A DNA stretch of 64,000 nt from Kiritimatiellia bacterium (GTDB lineage Bacteria > Verrucomicrobiota > Kiritimatiellia > RFP12 > UBA1067), in contig JAQUCE010000002.1 of assembly GCA_028686345.1 (NCBI GenBank), forward strand, positions 42,735-106,734, written 5' to 3'. This document shows, in pieces, positions 16,457 through 27,283 of this stretch. The notes beneath the pieces were generated by a model, which saw nothing but the letters and a program-made list of their open reading frames with translations, made no database searches and was not told the origin of the DNA. Made by a program: the position numbers and the translations under genes. The first letter of the stretch is position 1. Each line of letters starts with the position of its first letter.

Positions 16457-19400
16457 CACCGTCACCTTCAGCCCCTGCTGATCAATATCAAAATCAAAAA
16501 ACCGCGCCTGCTGGTTCGGTGGGTTGCGCTCAAATTTTTCCCGGATGCGGGCCGCCGCCTCCGCGCTTTTGGCAATCAAAAAGATAAAGCCGCCGCCGCC
16601 CGCTCCCGGCAGCAAGGCCGCCGCGCTCTCAGCCTCAACCATCTTAAGCAGCCCTTCAATCGGCGCATTGGTTGACCCGGGATCAATCTGCTTTTTCAGC
16701 TCCCAGTAGCGTCCCACACCCCGCGCAAATGCTTCGACATCCTGGGCATCCAACGCCTCTTTAGTCTCCAGCGCTGAGACCTTGAGCTCATGCACGGTTT
16801 GCAGCACCTTTGGATCGCGCGCCAGATACCCGCCCACCACGTTCTGCAGAATATTGCGCGCCAGGCGTTTTTGACCCGTGAAGTAGAGCAGGCAGCGGCT
16901 TTTCAGCTCACTCCCGCCCCGCATATCAAAGACGCTCCAGCGCAGGCTGACGCGCTGATCAGCCCCCGGAGCAGTACAGATTAGCTTAACGCCAGGCATA
17001 ATGCCACCCACCTGATCCTGCCACCCGCCACCGGTAGACATGCGCTGCTCCAGCATGGAGGTCATGTAAACCAGGCGGTCAGTAGAGAAGGGAACCCCCA
17101 GCACCCGCCCCAGACAGGCGAGTACTGCCGCCCCCAGAATGGAACTGGTGCCCATTCCGGAGCCCTTGGGCAGCGCTGAAAAGATGGTTAGATCCAACCC
17201 GCCACCGAGTGCCTTCAGCCGATTCTGCAACGATTCATCCGCCCGCTCAGGTACGATTCCCGCCAGCACCAGAGCGGCTTTGGCCAGTGCGGCCCAGTCG
17301 AACGGGTCATGGTGGGCCAGCACCTGCGCGCTCTGGCTCAGTTCCTGCCGCTCTCCCAGATCAATGCTGGAAAGCCGGATAATGTTGTGGGTGTTTAATT
17401 TGGCCATCACCTGTATCGGATAAAGCCCGTTTAACGTGATTGCGGCATTGAGAACTGTTCCTCCGCGCTCCGTACAGATCGGCGGGGTGTCCGACCAACC
17501 ACCGCCAAAGTCAATCCGCACCGGAGTTGTCACCCAGACCACCTGATCATGCAGAATGGCAGCCTTGTCAAAGCCTTTCAGCGGGGTGTAGCTCAACGAC
17601 ACTGACTTCGAAACCTCGGCCAGCGCGGCCTTGAGCCCCGACTCTGCGTCCACCACCCCGGCGGCCACCTCACACCCGGCCTGTGGCCACGCCTGCAATA
17701 TCATGGATGCCAGACGCAAAACCCTGGCACGCAGCAGATGCTCCGAGCCATCAAGGGCAATAATCAGATCCGCAATCTGCCGCAGCACGCTCTCCGCATC
17801 ATCGACGCATTGAATTTCATTGCAAATCACACTTGCGGCCAGGGTGTCGTCAGCCACGATGCGCTTGCTCACATTCAGCAGATTGACCTTGCGTCTGATC
17901 TGATGCCGCGCCTCCAGCAAACGTTTGTGATTCACCCGCGGCAGCAGCTCGGCCAAGCTGTGGCGGCGCCCTTTAGCACCCTGCGTGAACCCTTGGCCAG
18001 CCGCAATCCGCACCGCTTCTGACATGACATCATTCAACTCACCAATGCGCCACAGTCGCGCACTCCACATGCCGTCACCCTCATCACCGCGCCATAACTT
18101 CGACGCTGAAACTTGAGTGGCCGACAACCATTGCTCCACCGGCGCATTGAGAAACAGACAGCTCTTCTCCCCGCCATACGCGCTCTTAAAATCATCCTGG
18201 ATACCGTAAACCAGCGCGGCCCACACTTTGCCACCGACTGGAAGCGCGAGCAGGCCATGCCCGCAGGGGAGCTTGATCGCGACCTGACACCCCTCTGGCA
18301 CGCCGGTCAGAATATTATCCCCCTCCAGTGTCACGCAAAGGGGTTGCTCAGCATAAACTCCCTCCACCAGCGAGCGCCGCGCATTAAAGCGCGCGTTGAT
18401 ATAGGAGTTGAAAACAAAAGAGTATCCGCTATCATCAGCGTGCGTCACCTCAGCGCCGCTGTTGTTCATAAACCCATACTCCTGCGCGGTGCGCGAAAGT
18501 CCGGAGAACCCGGTCAATAGCTCAGCACTGCTGCCAATATGAAAAAACTCACAATACGGCAGGATATTGACATTAAAATCAATCTCACGCAAGGCCCGAT
18601 AAAGTGCGCGCATGCGTTCGCGGTGGATCTCCACAGCGGATGCTTTACTGGTAAACCGCTCGACAAAGCGCTCCTCGGAGTAGGATGGCGAGAGCCCCAT
18701 CAACAGCTCTTCATAGAGATCCAATGGCGGCGCGCTGCCATCAATCAGCTCTGCCAGCAGCCCCTTGCCCACACGCACCCCCGCGCGCCCCAACCGCACG
18801 CCGCACAGCTGCAGCAAACCGGCGGTTGTAGATGGGCCGAAGCTGACCAGCCCCGTGTCAATCGCCACATGGCCAAAGTCGTCAATCGCTGCAGCGCGAC
18901 GCAACTCATTCTCATCCGGCTTCTGCAAAAAATCCGCCACCGGCAGACACTCGGTGGTTGAGTTGCCCCCCTTGAATGCGGCGGGCACATAGACTCCATG
19001 GCGGGAGCCGCGCTCAACCGAACCGAAATATGCAATACCGGTCACACCCGGCTTTGAAAAATCGACTGAGCCATGGTCAAATGTCAGGAGCACATCACCG
19101 GAGGTCACCAGCACATGCCCCTGCTCAGGCGCGGGCAGGCGCGTGAGCGTGCGCAATATCAGGTCAAACAGAGCCAGCGGCAGAGCATTATCGGTGGTGA
19201 CAGGCACTGGGGTGAAAACCTTGCCCTGGGCTGTGTAGGCCGGTGTGCGGCGGCTATCGCCGCCTGAGTGACAGATCAGGATCCGTCGCTCTGCGAACAG
19301 TGCTTCGATTGACCTCGTCCTGCTACCGGCGCGCTGCTGCAAGCTGGTGGCCAGTTCGGCCAGGACATTGAGCGTGGCACCCAGCGAGCCCACGCGGCGC

Positions 19401-19546
19401 CCGCCAGGATCGGTAATCACCACGCACTCGGTCTGCGGGGCGATCATGTGGTTAGCGCGGCGCCAGGCCAGCTGTTCGCGGTAGCCACCGGCCTGCGCCT
19501 CATTGGCTGCTGTCAAAACTATAATATCGTAAGGTTTCATTGACAT
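16451..19546 (-). CDS. Bifunctional L-fucokinase / fucose-1-phosphate guanylyltransferase-like protein (FKP-like), with a GHMP kinase C-terminal domain
   Basis: 1031 aa. The C-terminal GHMP motif LPKGSGMGTSSILGAAVLACL is present. The N-terminal half has a nucleotidyltransferase-like layout (IIVLTAANEAQAGGY...HSGGDSRRTP). Confidence 0.65.
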   Translation of the reverse strand: MSMKPYDIIVLTAANEAQAGGYREQLAWRRANHMIAPQTECVVITDPGGRRVGSLGATLNVLAELATSLQQRAGSRTRSIEALFAERRILICHSGGDSRRTPAYTAQGKVFTPVPVTTDNALPLALFDLILRTLTRLPAPEQGHVLVTSGDVLLTFDHGSVDFSKPGVTGIAYFGSVERGSRHGVYVPAAFKGGNSTTECLPVADFLQKPDENELRRAAAIDDFGHVAIDTGLVSFGPSTTAGLLQLCGVRLGRAGVRVGKGLLAELIDGSAPPLDLYEELLMGLSPSYSEERFVERFTSKASAVEIHRERMRALYRALREIDFNVNILPYCEFFHIGSSAELLTGFSGLSRTAQEYGFMNNSGAEVTHADDSGYSFVFNSYINARFNARRSLVEGVYAEQPLCVTLEGDNILTGVPEGCQVAIKLPCGHGLLALPVGGKVWAALVYGIQDDFKSAYGGEKSCLFLNAPVEQWLSATQVSASKLWRGDEGDGMWSARLWRIGELNDVMSEAVRIAAGQGFTQGAKGRRHSLAELLPRVNHKRLLEARHQIRRKVNLLNVSKRIVADDTLAASVICNEIQCVDDAESVLRQIADLIIALDGSEHLLRARVLRLASMILQAWPQAGCEVAAGVVDAESGLKAALAEVSKSVSLSYTPLKGFDKAAILHDQVVWVTTPVRIDFGGGWSDTPPICTERGGTVLNAAITLNGLYPIQVMAKLNTHNIIRLSSIDLGERQELSQSAQVLAHHDPFDWAALAKAALVLAGIVPERADESLQNRLKALGGGLDLTIFSALPKGSGMGTSSILGAAVLACLGRVLGVPFSTDRLVYMTSMLEQRMSTGGGWQDQVGGIMPGVKLICTAPGADQRVSLRWSVFDMRGGSELKSRCLLYFTGQKRLARNILQNVVGGYLARDPKVLQTVHELKVSALETKEALDAQDVEAFARGVGRYWELKKQIDPGSTNAPIEGLLKMVEAESAAALLPGAGGGGFIFLIAKSAEAAARIREKFERNPPNQQARFFDFDIDQQGLKVTVL

Positions 19547-19639
19547 AAAGTATCACCCGCATCAGGCAAACACAACTAAAAAAGAGTAAAAGGCTTGGGC
19601 CATGTTTTAGGCGCAGGCACAAATGCGAATTAGTCGCTT

Positions 19640-19830
19640 AGGCGGGCAACCAAAAGAGTTTGTGAACAACAAAACCGCTGCGTAAGGTTTGTTGTCCAGC
19701 CTTTCCGTGTCCGGCGTAGCTGCGAAGCGCGAAGACGGAAGGCTGCTCCAAAGCGGATTATTGAAAAGTGACCCCTAAAATGATAATGGAGTAGTGCAAG
19801 CATCTTGCTTGCGGAAAGCAACGCGCCAGC
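19640..19830 (-). repeat. Structured repeat family 2 copy (reverse orientation)
   Basis: The reverse complement matches the 1916-2110 and 40726-40890 copies over ~170 nt. Confidence 0.6.
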
Positions 19831-19976
19831 TGAGTGACAAACGAGCCGCAAAGTGCGTGCCAACCGGGTGACACCCGAACCGTAAGCTGTAGGACGGCTG
19901 GCCGTGAACGCGCCGACGGACGACAGTGGAGTGCTTCGCGAATCGAATTGCCTGGCGATTGGCCTTAAACGCGTCT

Positions 19977-22900
19977 CTATCGCAGTATCATCAGCGTGCC
20001 GACCAAACGGTGGAGTGTGACAACGCCGACATCGTAATCATAGTTGATGCTCCAGCTCGACGGCAGGTCATCTGAGGTAAATGTACCGCTTAGGGCTCCG
20101 CTGCACTGCAAAATGGTGTAGGACAGCGCCGTTAATTTCTCAGGATCCTCAATCCTCAACGCAAGAGAGCTGATATCAATATTACCTTGAACATTGATGC
20201 AATCCGCACTGCCCGGGCCGGCGGTGAATGAGTAATTGCCGGCGAGTGAGGGCGAGCCGTCGAAGGTCAGAGTCCCAACCGTACCAACCCCGCCCGGTGC
20301 AACAGAGCCTGTGACAATCAGACCGTCACAATCCATGACAGTGCCAGAGCCCGCAATCGCAGCCAGTGTCTGCGGCAAGTAGCTCACATCAAACACGGCG
20401 TTGCTCTCAACAGTGGCAGAGCTGGCCGGGTTGAGACGATTGGCACCGCCGCTGAGGCGCAGCGTGCCGCCCGAGACAATGGTTTCTCCAGTGAAGCTGC
20501 TGACACCCGTGAGGGTCAGCATGCCGCTGCCGGCTTTATTAAACAGAGCCAGATCGGATATGCTGCCGCCAAAGGTGGTATCACGATTGTCAAGGCCAAC
20601 TCTCAGCTCTGCCGCGCCTGTCGCGCTGCTCAGAACATGGCCGTCACCGCGCAGCGATGCAACTGCCTGAACCGAGTCTGCCAGATCCAACACTCCGTTT
20701 TTCTCAATGACCAGAGCGGTTGTTTGCGGCAGGACATTGGTCAGCACCGTTGACTGCGTGCTGCCGAACCACTTGAGATTCAGATATCTTTCAACAACTT
20801 CACGCTGCGAGTTGCTCAATGCGGTTTTGTAAACCAGCACTTCGCCGATGTCACCAATGTAGGAGCGGTGCTCAGTCACATGGCCCCAGTAATCGCCGAC
20901 CGCGCCTGCAAATTTTCTGACAGCTACCGAAGTGGCGGCCAGTACGTGCGGCGTGCCCTGGATGTAGCTTCGGGTATTAACCCCGTTGACATAGAATGAA
21001 GCGCCGCGCGCAAAATCATTTTTATCGCCATCCTGCCACATGGCTGCACTTGCTGCACGGACACCAAAATCCGCCCCTTTGCTGCCCCAGATACCTGAGA
21101 GGTTCATCTGTCCTGTTTTGTTGTTGACGATCAGCACGGTCTGATTGTCAACAACGTTGGTGGCATAGAGACGGTTCCAGTTGCCATCAAAGCGAACGGC
21201 CCCTTTGCCGTTGATGGCATCACTTACATAGGAAGGATACTGGTTGTAGGCATCGCCAATCTCCTGCACAAAATGGTTGTTGTTGCCGCTTGAGTCAGCC
21301 CAAGCAACCACATTTGCGCCAGAGAGGGTCACTGTGTCAGGGGTGCTGGCATCCAGCTGATAGGCAAGATCGCTTCGGTAGGGAACCTTGCCAACCGAGG
21401 CTGAGAGTTTAACGGTGCCCTCTGAGATTGTGGTTGCTCCCTGGTAGCTGTTGCTGCCGCCAAGAACCAGCGTGCCTGCGCCGTCTTTGTTCAGGTCAAT
21501 GATGTTGCCGCCATCGTTGATTGAACCCCAGTAGATTGACTCTGAGCCAGCGGCAACATCAAGATTCAACGCAGCCGAGGCTGCGTTGCTATTGGTAATG
21601 CTCCCGATGCCGCTCAAAGAGTTGATCGTGATGCTCTGTCCGTTCACATCCATGATGCCGGAGATACCGACTTGCGGCGAAACCGCGTTGGAAGCGAGGA
21701 CAACAGAGCCGGCAACCACCTCAATATCGCATGCAACCGCACCTGCGAGGGTCAGTGCACCGCTACCGACTTTCTTCACTACGCCTGAGCCCTCAATCTT
21801 GTTGGTGACAGTTCGGGCCGAGCTGTTATCAAAGAGCAGCGTGCCGCAGTTCACAACATCACCGATACCGAGAGTGCCGCCTTCATCAACCTGCAGTGTC
21901 CCTTGGTTGATAACGGTGCGTCCCTGGTAGCTGTTTTGTGCGCCAAAAATAATTGTGCCCGATGGTCGGTCAGCACGATGAGTGTTAATCTCCAGGTCGC
22001 CGGTTCCGGTAATAGGCTGGGAGAAGCGTCCTGATGACGCAACTCCATCCGCGCCAACACGCGCAGTGCGCATTAACTCAACCGGGGCATCAATTACGCC
22101 CTCGTTTTCATTGAGGAATGTTACCGCACCGTGGACGTAGTAGAGAGGGCCACCCACGCCGGCCAGGTGCATGGGGTTGGTGATGGTGCCGGCAAAATTA
22201 AAGAGAAAGCAGCCGCCCACCAGGTCGCTGCCATAGATATAAAGATCACCGGAGCTGAAGCCCTGAGGGCTGGCAAGGGTTACCCGTCCATTGAGAATAT
22301 GGGTATCACCAAGATAGGTGTTGCCGGCCGGCGCAGTCAGGTTCAGGATCTCGCTGTTGCCATATCCTGCAATTGTCAGCCCGTTGTCTCCGGTAATGGT
22401 TGAGCTGATGGTATGGCCAGGCGCATTGTAGTTATCAATGTAAATAATGCCCTCTGAGCTCTGAAAGTCAAGTGTCCCCCCGAGCAACGCGCTTCTGCCG
22501 GCAGAGTCACGATTAAGGATCAGGCCAGCTGGATTGACACCATCGCCGATGGTCAGGGTTTCGCCGCTGTTAACAGTCAGGTCAGCTCCGGTCAGGCGCA
22601 GCCCATGCACATGAACGCTGCCCGTGGCAGTGTCAGCAGAGAGCGTTGCAAGTGAGGACGCGCCGCCGCCCAGCCCGGTGGTGTAAGTGGCATCAATCAA
22701 TCCATTGACCCCGTTATAATTCAGAAAAGAGCCGCTGTACCAGCTGCTGCCACCCCAGATGATACCCAGGATAGACGGAGTTACCATGCCGCTGGTTGTG
22801 TTCAAGCCGCCGTTGGCTATTATTTTTTCATTCACGCCGAAGTTTGCAGCACCCAGCCCGCCGAACGGTGCCACCAGCAGAACGCCATGGTCCACACGGT

Positions 22901-24981
22901 TTAAAGCCGAGTCAGGTGTGGCGGACGGATGGCCGATCTCCAGCGTCAGAGTTCCGGCTGTGGGTTTGTGCAAACTCAGGCTGGCCACGCCTCCGCCAAA
23001 GCTGAGCGAATCAGCGGGAGCGGCATTGGCAAATTTTTGAACCAGGAGTTCGGAGCCTGTCGACCCGGACTGGACGCGGATCTCGCCATGCTCGATATGC
23101 ACTGTATTGCTGCCCAGCGGTTGCGCGTCCTTGCTCAGGGTGCGCAGCAATCCGTCCCGCACAACTGTCTTGCCTGTGTAGCGCATATGGTTGCTCAAAT
23201 CAAGCCGCCCGATGCCGCTCTTGATTAACCCGCCGTCTTCTCTGCCGAAAACTCCGGAGTAGAGGGTTGGCTGGAAAGCATACTGTCCACTGGCAGCAAC
23301 ATCAATCCGTGCTCCGCCATCTAACACCGAGAAGGTTGAATAGAGCGGATTATCATAGGTTGTTGTATTAACTTTTGGGCGGAGTATGCCGCCGTTAAAA
23401 TTAAATTGGATGGTATTATCGACATCGCAGTTGCCAGCGTTGTTGTCTAAAGCATTGAACGCCAGAGTTCCGCCAGACAGCTCAACCCTGGAATCGCTGC
23501 CACTCGTGCCTTTGCTCATAAGCTGGATGGTACTCCCATCAACAAGGGCATTGTTGGTCAAAATCAGGTCATGCGACCAGCCATCGCTGGCCAGCCGCTG
23601 CGTGCCTTCCATTGTCACCCTGCCATCCCCGGCGACCTTCAATCCAAGGCCGCGCGGGGGATTGACAAAACGGATGTTGAGCTCTCCGCCGCTGACAACG
23701 CCATACACGCGGTTGGTGTTATTCATTCCCCTGGAGACATTAAAGTTGGCCTTTCCGCCACTCTGAGTGTACATAAAATTTCTCTGGCTATTAGCACCAA
23801 AGTCAGAGCTGAAATGCCAATCGCCTCCAGTTACGTTGAGAGCAGATAGAAGATTGTTATTGTTGTAAGCAAGATTTCTGCTGCTCCCTTGATTCAGTGT
23901 GATGGAGGTGTTTCCGCTGAGCGCACCCTCGCTGACAACACTTATCGAGGAGTCAATAAAATGGCCGCCGTTGACAACCAGGCCCAGCCCTTTGTCAACC
24001 CTGATCGCCAGATTGGAGCTGCTGCCGCCGCTAATGGTTGCGCTGCCGCTGTTGATATTCAACTGGCCGCCCTGCATATCCAGCGAGCCCAAGGCAATCT
24101 CAGAGGAGCGGTTTTTATTGATGTTGCCAAGACCGGTGATAGAGTTCGGATAGGTCATCGCATCTTTGTTCTCAATATTGAGTGCTCTGCCGCTCATGAT
24201 TGTGATGCAGCTGGAGTTGGTGATGGCACCGTTGTAGGTGGCACCGTCACCCACAGTCAGGGTGCTGCCCTTGACAATGGTCGGGCCGGCATAGGAGGTG
24301 TCGGCCAATACCGTCAAGGAGGCCGGCCCTGCTACGGTTAACCCGCCTTTGCCATTAACATCCGCTTTAATGCTGGATGTCCTGGCCGCTGTTCCCAGTG
24401 CCAGCTGAATCGGTTTGCCATCCTGAGATTCGAGCGTAATGGGATTAATACTATCCAGCCAGCCGATGCCGAAATTGACAATTCCGGGCGCAAAACCAAG
24501 CAGTGTCCCAGTGACCTCAGTATCAGAGTAACCCACCTGTTCAAGGGTGTTTGCTCCGCCCAGAACAAATGTACCCGCCGATCGCACGGTAATACTTCCG
24601 CCAGCGGTTCCGTAGGCATATCCAGAGAATGTCAGGGTTCGTCCCTGCAGCCGGCAGGGCATTGGAGCAGTGAAGTTGGTCACAACTCCCTCACCAGTGA
24701 AACAGCCGATATTGTCCGTCTTGCCATTCAAATCAACCGTATGTGAAGGGAGAGACGATCAGCATTCCAAGCGTGAAACCAGCGTTGACAACGACTGGAG
24801 CGGACACCGATCCGTTAAATGTGGCGGAGCTGCCGACACCGTCGGCAATCATGCCCGCTTCCCAGTTGGAGGAAACACTCCATGTGCCACCCGCTGTGTT
24901 GGACCAAACCCCGTCAGCGGCAAAAACCGTTGTAGAGCAGAAAAACGAAGCAAACGCTGTAGCAAACATAAGTTTTTTCAT
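19977..24981 (-). CDS. Giant secreted autotransporter-associated beta-strand-repeat / pectin-lyase-fold adhesin-like protein. It appears interrupted by a frameshift near 24731-24736: an 82-aa signal-peptide fragment (24733-24981) plus a 1584-aa body (19977-24731).
   Basis: The N-terminal fragment MKKLMFATAFASFFCSTTVFAADGVWSNTAGGTWS (signal peptide) ends at TGA. The body resumes in the +1 frame with an open upstream reading (..LNGKTDNIGCFTGEG..). Repeated GxGxLxLxGxNxYxGxTxIxxGTL units are present (e.g. DGAGTLVLGGSNSYQGATTISEGTVKL). Confidence 0.7.
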
Positions 24982-25108
24982 TGACTCAAACCTCCTGGTG
25001 CATTAATAAACCCTGATTCTAAAGCAACCCGTTATACAAATGCTATAACACGACATTAATTTACTATCTTCTGTTATTGTTGTAAAGAGAGATGTGCGAA
25101 GCCAGCAA

Positions 25109-27076
25109 TTAATGCCAGATTCGCTTCGGATTCAAAAAGAGACATCCGGGCACCCCAAGAACGTCCACGCTGTAGTCTTCAAACCCGCCGGCTGCTGGAC
25201 GCTCCAGCTTGATCCGCCATAATCCGCTCTGTGCTGTGTTGCCGTCGAAAGTAAAACGATCAAGGTCAAAGAGGCTCTCCCGCAACCAGGCAACACTGCC
25301 AGACGGATCAATCACAGAGGCCTTAACACCCTCGCCGTCATTACCGGAGACCGCAAAGGCAAAGAGTTTGACCTCTGCCGGCACTGCCACATAAAGTGTG
25401 CCTTGACTTCCAATCAGTTTCACCGGCTGAACAGTTGCATCCAGCGCAACAGGGACATTAGCCGCTTGCAGCAGGAATGAATTCTGCCCTGCGTCAAACT
25501 CCAACCTATAAAACCCGGTTTGCGGAGCGCTGAACTGAATTGTCAGCTCCTGTTTAAAAGCCAGCATCGCACTGCTTTTAAGAGTCTTTCCATCCAGCCC
25601 GCTGATCACCACCGGTTTAGTTGTCTCACCATAGCGTCCCACCTGCTGCTGCACCCCTTTGAGCACCACCTCCCTGTTAGCAGTCGCATGAAAGATGTAG
25701 CTTCCCTGACCTCGCACCCGCATCGGTTCCAAAGGGTGAAGGCCGTCTATTTCATCTTTAACATCCAACTTTTTCCAATCCACCTCCACACGCGCTACCC
25801 GCACGTTGAAACGAGGCGGAAATTTGGCCTTAACCCACTCAGGTGTCAAGGCAATCCGCTGCGTCTGGCTGCCGCAGATTACAACAACATCTCCGGTCAG
25901 GCCTGTTACGGATTCAACATCAAAAATATTGTTACGCCACCCAATCCAAGGCCGCGAAGTTGGTTGCACAACACGCAGCTCCTTGAACCGGATTCCGCCG
26001 ACAGCCGCGACATCCCCATTACGGTTGGAGAGCGTGATATCCAGTTGGTTGCTCTGACCCGCCCCGCACCCCGCAACCGCACACCTGTCAAAGGCCAGCG
26101 CCATCCCGTAATCCGGCTTGCGAGCCAGCTCGATCCCCCCCCTGACAGCATCCTTAAACTCACAATCTGAAAAAACCAACGCGCCTCTAACAGCATCCGC
26201 CTTTGAATTAGCGGTGACAACCCTGACAGCTGTACGGTCGCCAACTGATCGGCAGTTTTCTATCTGAATCGAAACCGGCTCGCTCTGCTGATTCAGGTTG
26301 GGCAGATAGAACTCATAACCATCCCCGGCGTTATTGGATGTCAGGCATCTGCGCATGACAATGTTTTTGAGGCGCTCTTTGGCGCTGTTCGGCTCAAAGT
26401 CAATACCTGCCGCGGGCGGCGTACCAGCAGTATCGCGCATAACAGTATCTTCAATCAGCAGGTTTTCCGCTGAAATCACACTGATTCCCTGGCGATAGTT
26501 CTTGTCGCAGGTCACATCTTTAATATGAATATCTTTATTGGATGGTGCTCCGGTAACGCTTCCCAGATAGATGCCGTCGCCTCCGCTCTCAGCTAGAGTC
26601 AGACCATAAACCTTGATGTTTTGGCAACCGCGAATACTCAGGACATGGCGCCACTCTGCTTTGCGATAGGGCGGGGCATCATAGTCAGCCCGCCGCATAC
26701 GCAGTGTGGCGCCCGTGCCTCGCAGGGTCACATTGCTGACACACGAGAGCAGCATCAAGGAGTCGCCCGTACCTTTGAAAGAGCCCTCTTTAGCCAGCAC
26801 CTCAACCCCGGACTCAAAAACAATCTCCTGATTGCTGACAAGTTTCAGCGGTTCGGTAATCCATGCGCTCGCTTGTCGCTCCACAATCAGCCGCGGCACG
26901 CCAGAATTTATGGCGGCCTGCAATGCAGTGGTTGAGTCGTCCGCATCAAATCCCCACCAGGAGGCGCGCGCCTCCTTCAGTTCACCTGACCTGACGCGAG
27001 CCACCTGATCCGGTGCGGCGGCATATGCTCCAGCCGCGGCAATGGCTGCGAGTAGATATGTAATTGCTTTTTTCAT
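25109..27076 (-). CDS. Secreted right-handed parallel beta-helix (pectin-lyase-fold) protein, a putative glycoside hydrolase or polysaccharide lyase
   Basis: Signal peptide MKKAITYLLAAIAAAGAYAAAP. The WWGFDADDSTTALQAAINSG opening is typical of pectate-lyase-superfamily enzymes, and repeated beta-helix motifs are present. The start was chosen at the internal Met (27076) to avoid overlap with the divergent gene. Confidence 0.65.
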   Translation of the reverse strand: MKKAITYLLAAIAAAGAYAAAPDQVARVRSGELKEARASWWGFDADDSTTALQAAINSGVPRLIVERQASAWITEPLKLVSNQEIVFESGVEVLAKEGSFKGTGDSLMLLSCVSNVTLRGTGATLRMRRADYDAPPYRKAEWRHVLSIRGCQNIKVYGLTLAESGGDGIYLGSVTGAPSNKDIHIKDVTCDKNYRQGISVISAENLLIEDTVMRDTAGTPPAAGIDFEPNSAKERLKNIVMRRCLTSNNAGDGYEFYLPNLNQQSEPVSIQIENCRSVGDRTAVRVVTANSKADAVRGALVFSDCEFKDAVRGGIELARKPDYGMALAFDRCAVAGCGAGQSNQLDITLSNRNGDVAAVGGIRFKELRVVQPTSRPWIGWRNNIFDVESVTGLTGDVVVICGSQTQRIALTPEWVKAKFPPRFNVRVARVEVDWKKLDVKDEIDGLHPLEPMRVRGQGSYIFHATANREVVLKGVQQQVGRYGETTKPVVISGLDGKTLKSSAMLAFKQELTIQFSAPQTGFYRLEFDAGQNSFLLQAANVPVALDATVQPVKLIGSQGTLYVAVPAEVKLFAFAVSGNDGEGVKASVIDPSGSVAWLRESLFDLDRFTFDGNTAQSGLWRIKLERPAAGGFEDYSVDVLGVPGCLFLNPKRIWH

Positions 27077-27283
27077 ATTTCTCTTCCCTGTTATATTGCT
27101 TGAAATATCCCTTGCCACTACTGCTTTGCAACACAGAGCCGCTTGGCCGGAGCAAAGTCTCAAATCCAACTGAGGGCTATTCTCTCAACTCCTGTCGTAA
27201 ATAACAAGAAACTTAGGCAACCTTTTTGCCAAAAATCAACTAAAGCCCTTGACATAGAGGGTCTCTTGAGTTACAAGCATTCT

